Below, piece after piece: positions 1-6,950 of a stretch of DNA of 10,553 bases. The DNA is taken from the NCBI GenBank assembly GCA_044359815.1, contig JBIKLL010000086.1:1-10553 (forward strand), written 5' to 3'. Numbering within the stretch: the stretch's first letter is position 1; each line of letters begins with the position of its first letter. Source of the DNA: Pseudobdellovibrionaceae bacterium (GTDB lineage: Bacteria > Bdellovibrionota > Bdellovibrionia > Bdellovibrionales > Bdellovibrionaceae). Below the pieces are notes generated by a model, which did no database searches, was not told the DNA's origin, and worked only from the letters and a program-made list of their open reading frames with translations. The translations under genes were made by a program, and so were the position numbers.

Positions 1-1
1 T

Positions 2-589
2 GAGGCCTTTGGTTATGAGGCAACCTCGGATGGGTCCAGGATATTAAAAACTGACAATGGTTTTTTTGAAGCATCAATGTTGATTTTTAATTTAAATGGA
101 TATTCTGCGAACTTGCATGCGTTTTTTAAAGACAAAATTTATCCCACTCGGGGACAGATTTTGATGATGGAGCCTGTGCCTCAGTTTATGGATGGGCCCT
201 GTTATGCCAATTTCTATTTGGATTATTTCAGGCAGTTGCCGGACGGCAGTTTGTTGATTGGTGGATTTAGGCAACTGGAAAAAGAAACCGAGGTAGGGTA
301 TTCGGATCATGTCACTGATGTGATTCAAAATGCCTTGCATGATTTTGTGAAAACTCATTTACCACTTTATAAAGACAAAAAAGTCACCCATCGCTGGGCT
401 GGGATTATGGGCTTTTCAAAAGACGGTGAGCCCATGGTTGGATCATTGCCTAATGATTCCCAGGTGTTTTTTGCCGGAGGCTACACCGGTCACGGTATCG
501 GTTTGGCTTTTAACACTTGTAAAAAGCTGGTTGATTCCATCTATGGACGCAAAATCCCCAAATGGCTTTCTGCCCGCCGGCTTTTGTAG
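2..589 (+). CDS. FAD-dependent oxidoreductase, DadA/glycine oxidase/PuuB-like family (5'-truncated by window)
   Basis: The frame is open from position 2 (EAFGYEATSDGSRILKTDNGFFEASM...), so the ATG at 77 is internal. Family motifs are present: PTRGQIL, YFRQLPDGSLLIGG, WAGIMGFSKDGEPMVG and the C-terminal FAD-binding GYTGHGIGLA. Stop TAG at 587-589. Confidence 0.88.
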   Translation, partial: EAFGYEATSDGSRILKTDNGFFEASMLIFNLNGYSANLHAFFKDKIYPTRGQILMMEPVPQFMDGPCYANFYLDYFRQLPDGSLLIGGFRQLEKETEVGYSDHVTDVIQNALHDFVKTHLPLYKDKKVTHRWAGIMGFSKDGEPMVGSLPNDSQVFFAGGYTGHGIGLAFNTCKKLVDSIYGRKIPKWLSARRLL

Positions 590-775
590 TCAGATTTTGT
601 ATTTTCAAATATTTCTGTGTTTTATACCTTTTGAATACTTGCTAACGGCCGCAAGCTCATCTCTCGTATTGCATTTACGCATCACGAGATATGCGGCGGT
701 AAATTAACCGTCGCGCTCGCAAATGTATTCAAAAGGTATAAAACACAGAAATATTTGAAAATACAAAATCTGACT
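588..775. repeat. 188-bp palindromic element (MITE/REP-like) with perfect 51-bp terminal inverted repeats and a structured GC-richer core
   Basis: 588-638 (AGTCAGATTTTGTATTTTCAAATATTTCTGTGTTTTATACCTTTTGAATAC) is the exact reverse complement of 725-775. The core contains hairpins 658-667/684-693 and 693-700/707-714. The repeat itself is certain; mobility is inferred. Confidence 0.9.
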
Positions 776-856
776 TCGAAAGCTAAGGGGCTGTAAACAA
801 CTTCGACATTATCCCCAGGATTTTAGGGGGATCTTATAAAAATTAAAAAATTTTAT

Positions 857-883
857 TAATTTATTGGGATCAAGGTCCGATAG
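857..883 (+). promoter_or_regulatory. Putative sigma28 (FliA)-type promoter
   Basis: TAAT(857-860)-N15-TCCGATAG(876-883) compared with the consensus TAAA-N15-GCCGATAA. It is preceded by an A/T-only tract (about 834-865) and ends 35 nt before the ATG at 919. Confidence 0.5.
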
Positions 884-918
884 ACTTGATGTATGTCCTA
901 ATGGGCAGGGAGGAAACG

Positions 919-1119
919 ATGTCTAAAGCTGAAGGTAAAGTGGTTTCTGTAGATGTTCACAAGTGCACTGCTGAGGCTTGCAAGGTCAAGCCAGACCGTG
1001 CAGGGTTTTGCAAAGAACACTACATGTGGTTCAAGGAAGGCTTGATAACTCTTGAGGGTTACAAGGCCAAAGACTTTGATAAAAAATATCAAGCAATGCT
1101 TAATCGAAAATCTGCATAG
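919..1119 (+). CDS. Small (66 aa) basic protein with CX4CX9CX2H putative Zn-binding motif
   Basis: A strong SD (GGGAGG, 908-913) lies 5 nt before ATG 919, so this start is preferred over the 886 start in the ORF track. Motif CTAEACKVKPDRAGFCKEHY. An intrinsic terminator follows. Confidence 0.85.
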   Translation: MSKAEGKVVSVDVHKCTAEACKVKPDRAGFCKEHYMWFKEGLITLEGYKAKDFDKKYQAMLNRKSA

Positions 1120-1144
1120 TATTTTGTCCCAAATCTTATCCGTT

Positions 1145-1175
1145 AAAAGAGAGGCTATCCCGCCTCTCTTTTTTT
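1145..1175 (+). terminator. Rho-independent terminator (possibly bidirectional)
   Basis: AAAAGAGAGGC-tatccc-GCCTCTCTTTT stem-loop with a T-run to 1175, starting 25 nt after the stop at 1119. Confidence 0.88.
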
Positions 1176-1187
1176 ATCCGCATTCGA

Positions 1188-1204
1188 TGTCTCATTTTGA
1201 AACA
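1188..1204. promoter_or_regulatory. Near-palindromic operator-like site TGTCTCA-ttt-TGAAACA
   Basis: 7-3-7 dyad with one mismatch, in the intergenic region upstream of the beta-propeller gene. Confidence 0.4.
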
Positions 1205-1281
1205 AACTTTCTTCAGGATTTCAACCTGACTTACCTCTGCCTGAAATCCAATGTAAGATACCAATATCAGGGGATGATGTT

Positions 1282-2466
1282 GTGATTTCATTTAAAAAAA
1301 ATCGTCGGGATTTTTTAAAGAGCTTATTTTTATCCATGGGTTCCGTGCTGTCATTTTCAACCATCATGTCTGTCGTTATAGAAATTCTTTTTGGCAAAAA
1401 AGCTTTAGCGCAGTTTCACCAATCGGCTTTTTGGAAAAATAGATTAACAAGTTCAAGAATGGTTTTAATACCAGAAGTCAGATGGGCCTTTCCAAGGGTT
1501 GATCCAGCAGTCGCATATTACAGCGACGATGATGGGAATACTTGGTCTCAAGTGATTTTGCCTGTAGCTATGAAATGGTATGATGTTGTTTGGACAGGTA
1601 GTTCCTTTATTGCAGTTCACGCTGGCAAGGAAGGTGCTAATCCCACGGTAAATGCAGTAAAATCAATAGAGGGAATCACGTGGACAAACTTTACTATGCC
1701 GGCCATGCATTGGTGGGGGGCGATTCATTTCGCACAGGGAAAGCTTTATATTGTTGCTATGTTTGAGTACGTTCCCAATGTTTATTCATTAGCTGATTCG
1801 ATTTATAGCTCTATTGATGATGGAGTGTCTTGGAATTTAGTCAACTTACCAAGGGCGATGCGTTGGGGGGATATTGCCTCGAATGGTTCTAATGTCCTCG
1901 TTGTTCCTCATGGGACAGATGGTTCATTGGCGCCGACAGTATTTTACGCGCTTTCAACTAATGGAGGTACAAGCTATGTTGAACATCAATTTCCAGTAGC
2001 AGGGAATTGGCGGTCTAGCTTATGGACAGGGCAAAGATATGTTGTTCTAGACAATGGAATGAATTCAAATGGAACTAGGGCTTTGTCTTCAGCAACTGGA
2101 GTCACGGGATCTTGGACAATTGCAACTTTGCCGATCGGTAATTGGAGATCTATGGCTTTCAATGGATCTGTTATTGTTGGTTTTGCCAGAGGTATTAATA
2201 GTGAAAATCAAGTCATAAACTATTGCATACGATCAACAGATCACGGCCTCACTTGGACCTCGCACACTTTGCCTATGGGTAATACATGGGGAGATGTGAC
2301 CTGGAACGGAAAAGTTTTTTGCGCCGCCGGTTTCAGAGATTTTATTGTAGTTCCTGGAGGATCAAATCACGTAGTGACTTCACCTGACGGAATCACTTGG
2401 ACTGCAAAAGTTATTAACACGCCAGCACAGCCTTTGTCGTTTAAAGCGATCGCTTCAAAAATTTAG
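1282..2466 (+). CDS. Tat-signal Asp-box/BNR-repeat beta-propeller protein (394 aa)
   Basis: GTG start with a purine-rich AGGGGATGA upstream. N-terminal NRRDFLK twin-arginine motif, a hydrophobic stretch and ALA|Q cleavage site. Seven S-x-(D)-x-G-x-(T/S)-W-like repeats: SDDDGNTW, SIEGITW, SIDDGVSW, STNGGTSY, SATGVTGSW, STDHGLTW, SPDGITW. Confidence 0.8.
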   Translation: MISFKKNRRDFLKSLFLSMGSVLSFSTIMSVVIEILFGKKALAQFHQSAFWKNRLTSSRMVLIPEVRWAFPRVDPAVAYYSDDDGNTWSQVILPVAMKWYDVVWTGSSFIAVHAGKEGANPTVNAVKSIEGITWTNFTMPAMHWWGAIHFAQGKLYIVAMFEYVPNVYSLADSIYSSIDDGVSWNLVNLPRAMRWGDIASNGSNVLVVPHGTDGSLAPTVFYALSTNGGTSYVEHQFPVAGNWRSSLWTGQRYVVLDNGMNSNGTRALSSATGVTGSWTIATLPIGNWRSMAFNGSVIVGFARGINSENQVINYCIRSTDHGLTWTSHTLPMGNTWGDVTWNGKVFCAAGFRDFIVVPGGSNHVVTSPDGITWTAKVINTPAQPLSFKAIASKI

Positions 2467-2526
2467 AGGCAAGGTGTTTTGGCCTTACTGATAAACCACT
2501 GCTCACTAATTCAAACAAAAATAAAA

Positions 2527-4014
2527 CTAAGGCGTAAATTTGATTTCTGACAGATCCAGATTGTTCAGTTGATTGAGCTTCCATCCTGACCACTTGGTGT
2601 TGATCAACATGCTGAAAAAGATCGGACCCGTCGGGATTAAATAATAATTGCTCAGCAAAAAATTAATCCCCTTTTTGCAAAGACCTGATTTTTTAACGGG
2701 ATCCAGTTCTTCGGACATTTCCTTAACCCATTGTCTGAATTCTGCGGTGTCGATCTTCAAATAATTTTCCGGATGATCTTCAACAAAAATCTCTAGGGCC
2801 GCCAGACAGGTCGGGCGTTCTGGTGAAATGCCTTTTCTGAAAATCGGAGGGGCCTTGGATTTTATTTGTTCTAAAAAAAGCTTATTTTCAATCCCTTCCA
2901 CTAAAACTGTGACGCCCAAGTTTTTTTGCCAATTCCACTGCAGCCATTCAGCCGTTCTGTAGTGATTGTCACCGCCTAATTTTGAATAAACAAACTTGAG
3001 CTTAGTCTGATTGTTTTGTGGATCCATTGATTTATAAATCTGCTGTGCTTTGGGAATGTCGGTATTGATGCAATCAGATTCAATCAGGCTTTCGGTGGGG
3101 ATTCCTGGGCATCCTGGCCTGGGTTTACCATAATACAGTTTTTGAAATTGGTCATAGGGTATCGATTGGCTTAAGGCTTGTCTGATTTGTAGGTTTAAGC
3201 TTGGATTGAAACCTAAATAATCAAATCTGTACTGATCAATTTCAAAATAGTCTTTTCGGTTTTTAAGCTTTGGGATAAACAAAGTCGAAATTCTGCGAAC
3301 CATATCAAGTTTTCCCATTTCGTACAGACTCAAGGCCACTGAGTCCTCATTTACAAATCGAAACTCGATTTCCACTGGGGAGAGATTCTTTTTCCAATAA
3401 TAGATATTTCTTTTAAGCGTGATGGTTTTGCCTTTTTGCCAGTCTTTCACCATAAAAGGTCCCGTAAACAAATCGCCTTTTTGAATGCTCAACAAGGGGT
3501 TTGCCAACATATATATAAATTCAGAATCTGGGCGATTTAACTCAAAAACTATTTCATCAACGGACTCTGCTTTAATGCCCAATTCAGAAAGGGGTTTTTT
3601 ACCTAAAAAAATATCTTCGGCGTTTTTAACGGCAAACAACAAATCAGCTCTGACGGTTTTGCTGTTGGGATCAATAAAGGTCTTAAAACTGTCTACTATG
3701 TCTTTGGCAGTAATAATGGTGCCGTCTGAAAAATTAATATTTCGTTTAATCTTACATAATAGTTTTTGATTATTTTGATACAGGCATCTGTCGGCCAGTT
3801 CATCAACCAAAGAATTTCCTTCAAGGCGCAGCAGTGGGCGGTACAACTGGTTTAGCAGATACAAAGAATTAGAATTTTTTTGTGTTTGCAGTTTAAGCGA
3901 CTGTGGTTCCGAATAAAGTGTGAGTCTGAATTTAGGCACAGTCGGAGTCTGCGCATTAACTGCTAATGCGCTCAAAAGAACTAAAAATCCAAAAAAAATC
4001 TTAAGACTTTTCAA
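2527..4014 (-). CDS. ABC transporter substrate-binding protein, family 5 (OppA/DppA-like), about 495 aa
   Basis: Motifs FSDGTIITAKDIVDSF, LGIKAESVDEIVFELNRP, TGPFMVKDWQKGKTITLKRN, IRQALSQSI, WQKNLGV. The likely start is TTG at 4014 (MKSLKIFFGFLVLLSALAVNA|Q, a Sec signal), overlapping the end of the ACAD gene. The 4245 start in the ORF track lies deep inside the ACAD gene. Confidence 0.85.
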   Translation of the reverse strand: MKSLKIFFGFLVLLSALAVNAQTPTVPKFRLTLYSEPQSLKLQTQKNSNSLYLLNQLYRPLLRLEGNSLVDELADRCLYQNNQKLLCKIKRNINFSDGTIITAKDIVDSFKTFIDPNSKTVRADLLFAVKNAEDIFLGKKPLSELGIKAESVDEIVFELNRPDSEFIYMLANPLLSIQKGDLFTGPFMVKDWQKGKTITLKRNIYYWKKNLSPVEIEFRFVNEDSVALSLYEMGKLDMVRRISTLFIPKLKNRKDYFEIDQYRFDYLGFNPSLNLQIRQALSQSIPYDQFQKLYYGKPRPGCPGIPTESLIESDCINTDIPKAQQIYKSMDPQNNQTKLKFVYSKLGGDNHYRTAEWLQWNWQKNLGVTVLVEGIENKLFLEQIKSKAPPIFRKGISPERPTCLAALEIFVEDHPENYLKIDTAEFRQWVKEMSEELDPVKKSGLCKKGINFLLSNYYLIPTGPIFFSMLINTKWSGWKLNQLNNLDLSEIKFTP

Positions 4015-5161
4015 GTTCCATTTTTGCAATGGTTTGAAGCTGCATATTTGAAGTGCCTTCATAGATTTGTCCAATCTTTGCATCCCTCCAGTATTTTTCA
4101 ACTGGGTATTCTTTGGTAAATCCGTTGCCACCAAATAAATCCACGGCCATTGAAGTGATTTTTTCTGCAGCCTTTGAAGCAAATAATTTTGCCATTGCAG
4201 CTGATTCGATAAAATCTTGTTTGCTGTCTTTAAGTCTGGCGGCATTGTAAACCATCAAACGGGCAGCTTCCAATTGAGTGCGCATTTCTGCCAATTGAAA
4301 CTGTATCCCCTGAAACTGAGCAATCGGTTTACCAAATTGTTCGCGGGATTTAACGTAACCAAGAGCTGCTTCATAGGCACCTTGTGCGATCCCCAACATC
4401 TGGGCGCCAATTCCAATACGGCCTTCATTCAAAGTCTCGATGGCAATTTTATAACCTTTGCCGACTTCACCCAAAACATTGCTGACGGGGACTTCGCAGT
4501 TTTCAAATCTCAGTTCACAGGTAGAGCTGGCTCTGATTCCCAGTTTGTCCTCTTTTTTGCCCACTTGAAATCCCTTAAAGGATTTTTCAACCAAAAAGCC
4601 TGTAATGCCCTTGTAGCCCTTGGTGGGATCAATGTTAGCAAACACAATAAATAAATTGGCTTCTTTGCCGTTGGTGATCCAAAGCTTAGTGCCATTTAAA
4701 ATATATTTATCACCTTTTAGTTCTGCTTTTAGTTTTAAAGCAAAAGCATCACTGCCACTGGAGCTTTCAGACAGGGCGTAGGCGCCAACCCATTCCTTGG
4801 CTAATTTTGGAAGGTATTTTTCTTTCTGTGATTCATTGGCCCATTTTAAGAGCGCATTGGTAACCAATGTATTTTGCACGTCACACAAAACGCTGACCGA
4901 TCCATCAATGCGGGCAATTTCTTCTACTGCCAAGCAAGCCATCGTAAAGCTTGAACCGGCTCCGCCGTATTTTTCTGGCGATTCGATTCCCATTAAACCC
5001 ATTTCAAAAAGCTTTTTTACAAGCTCTGGATTCATCTCGGCCTTTTCATCCATGGCTCCGACTTGAGGTTTGATTTCATTTTCAGCAAATTCTCGCACAG
5101 CTTGTTGAAATGCTAATTCGTCTTCGGCCAAAATAGTCAATGCAGAGGGTGTTTCAGACAT
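4001..5161 (-). CDS. Acyl-CoA dehydrogenase (short/branched-chain, ACADSB/butyryl-CoA DH-like)
   Basis: Canonical motifs AYALSESSSGSDA, LNGTKLWITNG, KLGIRASSTC, LNEGRIGIGAQ, REQFGKPI, QIYEGTSNMQ. SD AAAGGA upstream of ATG 5161. Confidence 0.96.
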   Translation of the reverse strand: MSETPSALTILAEDELAFQQAVREFAENEIKPQVGAMDEKAEMNPELVKKLFEMGLMGIESPEKYGGAGSSFTMACLAVEEIARIDGSVSVLCDVQNTLVTNALLKWANESQKEKYLPKLAKEWVGAYALSESSSGSDAFALKLKAELKGDKYILNGTKLWITNGKEANLFIVFANIDPTKGYKGITGFLVEKSFKGFQVGKKEDKLGIRASSTCELRFENCEVPVSNVLGEVGKGYKIAIETLNEGRIGIGAQMLGIAQGAYEAALGYVKSREQFGKPIAQFQGIQFQLAEMRTQLEAARLMVYNAARLKDSKQDFIESAAMAKLFASKAAEKITSMAVDLFGGNGFTKEYPVEKYWRDAKIGQIYEGTSNMQLQTIAKMELEKS

Positions 5162-5289
5162 AGTGGGGTCCTTTTTAAAAAGTGATTTCGTTAAAACCTA
5201 TCAGATTGTTTTGCTGCAAGCTAAACATGACTGATAAAGTCAAAAGGAATACTTTAATTGCTAAGGAATTTTGACTAGAATTAACCACT

Positions 5290-5958
5290 ATGGATCAAAT
5301 ATTTACTTCTGAAGTCGCAATGAAAGTCGCAACCTATTACCTGCCTTTTTTATTTGCGTTGTGTTTTCACGAATGGGCCCATGGTATGGTCGCAAAACTC
5401 AAAGGCGATAACACGGCCGAGATGATGGGTCGCTTAACATTAAATCCCATTCCCCATATAGATATTTTAGGGACGGTGATTTTACCGATTTTAGCTATAG
5501 TCACCAATTTGCCAATATTTTTTGGATGGGCAAAACCTGTTCCAATCAATGCACGCAATCTAAAAAACCCTAGGGTGGATACATTTTGGATTGCACTGGC
5601 GGGGCCAGGGTCCAATGTGTTGTTAGCTATTGTGGGTGCTTTTGGCTGGGCGATGGCTCAAAAATTTATGGGAAATTCGCCTTCAGGCGGTGCTGTTGTG
5701 CAATTGCTGGAGGTTTTTATAACTCTTAATTTATTTTTAGCAATTTTTAATATTTTGCCAATCAATCCATTGGATGGCGGCAAGGTTATTGCCAGGTTTT
5801 TACCAGCTGATGTGGCCTACAAACTGGAACAAGCCGAAGGCACATCCAGTATTATACTGATGATTTTGATAATCTCGGGTGCCCTGAGGTTTTTAGTGAT
5901 ACCGGTGGTTTGGGGCAGTGAATTTTTGATTTCAATTGCCGCGAGCTTGATACGATGA
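5290..5958 (+). CDS. Site-2 protease family (M50) intramembrane zinc metalloprotease
   Basis: HEWAH (HExxH), GRLTLNP, FGWAKPVP, ALAGPGSN and FNILPINPLDG (NxxPxxxLDG) motifs, with several hydrophobic segments. Confidence 0.94.
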   Translation: MDQIFTSEVAMKVATYYLPFLFALCFHEWAHGMVAKLKGDNTAEMMGRLTLNPIPHIDILGTVILPILAIVTNLPIFFGWAKPVPINARNLKNPRVDTFWIALAGPGSNVLLAIVGAFGWAMAQKFMGNSPSGGAVVQLLEVFITLNLFLAIFNILPINPLDGGKVIARFLPADVAYKLEQAEGTSSIILMILIISGALRFLVIPVVWGSEFLISIAASLIR

Positions 5959-6938
5959 AAAAACGGGTTATGAGTGGCACCCGTACCTCGGGTGTGCTGC
6001 ATATTGGGCATTATTTTGGGGCTTTAAAAAATTGGTTGAAACTTCAAAATGATTACGAGTGTTTTTTCGGCGTTATGGACTGGCATGGTTTGACCACTGC
6101 CTACAAAAAAGCCGATCAAGTTGCTGCTTGGAACCGTGATATTTTTGCTGAAATTTTAGCCTGGGGTTTGGATCCAGAAAAATGCACAGTTTTTATCCAA
6201 AGCAAGGTTCCAGAACATCTGGAGCTTTATATGATCTTTGCAAATCTGACTTCCATGGGATGGCTTGAGCGAGTGCCAACATGGAAGGATGCTGAGGCTG
6301 AAGCAAAAGCTGATGAGACCCACTCATTGGGCAGATTCGGGTATCCTGTTTTGCAAGCAGCAGACATTGCAATTTACGATGGTGAGCTTGTGCCTGTGGG
6401 GCAAGATCAGGTCGCTCATTTGGAATTGTCGCGGGAAATCGTGCGCAGATTTAATCATATCTACAAGGGTAAATTAACCGAGATGAGGCCTCTGCTGACG
6501 GAAACTCCTTTGGTGCCAGGGCTTGATGGGCGCAAGATGTCCAAATCCTATGGCAATGGGGTTGACCTGTCTGAGGATGAAAAATCATTATCCAAAAAAA
6601 TAAAGGGCATGCCCACGGATCCCCAGCGGATTAAGCGTGAGGATGCTGGTGATCCACAAAAGTGCACGGTGTTTACCTATCATAAATTATTTTCAAGCAC
6701 AGAGGATTTGCAGTGGGTTCAGCAGGGCTGCACCACGGCGGGCATTGGTTGTGGAGATTGCAAAATGCGTCTTATTGAAAACATGAATTCACTGATGAAG
6801 GGTCCCAGAGAAAAGAAAAAAGAACTCTTGAATAATAAAGCTCAGCTTGATTCAATAATCGAGTCAGGATGTCAGAAGGCTCGCAAAGTGGCCTCTGAAA
6901 ACCTGCTAAGAGCAAAACAAATGATGAAAATTTGCTAG
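5955..6938 (+). CDS. trpS: Tryptophan--tRNA ligase
   Basis: Class I signatures HIGH (LHIGHY) and KMSKS, plus YPVLQAADI and VPVGQDQ. ATGA overlap with the upstream gene. Confidence 0.97.
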   Translation: MKKRVMSGTRTSGVLHIGHYFGALKNWLKLQNDYECFFGVMDWHGLTTAYKKADQVAAWNRDIFAEILAWGLDPEKCTVFIQSKVPEHLELYMIFANLTSMGWLERVPTWKDAEAEAKADETHSLGRFGYPVLQAADIAIYDGELVPVGQDQVAHLELSREIVRRFNHIYKGKLTEMRPLLTETPLVPGLDGRKMSKSYGNGVDLSEDEKSLSKKIKGMPTDPQRIKREDAGDPQKCTVFTYHKLFSSTEDLQWVQQGCTTAGIGCGDCKMRLIENMNSLMKGPREKKKELLNNKAQLDSIIESGCQKARKVASENLLRAKQMMKIC

Positions 6939-6950
6939 AAGGATTTTGAT

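Noticed and set aside
545..560. GGACGCAAAATC resembling part of a c-di-GMP-I riboswitch
   Set aside because: It lies inside the coding sequence and lacks the upstream GGCAAA/GAAA tetraloop stem.
426..707. 93-aa ORF running into the palindrome
   Set aside because: It overlaps the oxidoreductase out of frame, has no recognisable motif and ends inside the repeat.
588..775. Retron msr-msd ncRNA or CRISPR repeat interpretation of the palindrome
   Set aside because: No reverse transcriptase or cas gene in the window. There are only two inverted copies, not direct repeats with spacers.
811..832. ATCCCC-N10-GGGGAT hairpin as a terminator
   Set aside because: Short 6-bp stem, large loop and no proper U-tract.
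1052..1285. 77-aa ORF bridging the small gene and the propeller gene
   Set aside because: It crosses the intrinsic terminator, overlaps the upstream gene and has no recognisable motif.
2467..2526. Terminator or att site between the convergent propeller and SBP genes
   Set aside because: Only a weak AAGG/CCTT stem. I found no direct repeat matching the upstream flank.
4015..4245. Long N-terminal extension of the solute-binding protein
   Set aside because: It is an alternate-frame overlap with the conserved ACAD C-terminus. The signal peptide begins at TTG 4014.
5312..5333. Direct repeat AAGTCGCAA x2
   Set aside because: A 9-bp in-frame coding repeat (EVAMKVAT), compatible with chance.
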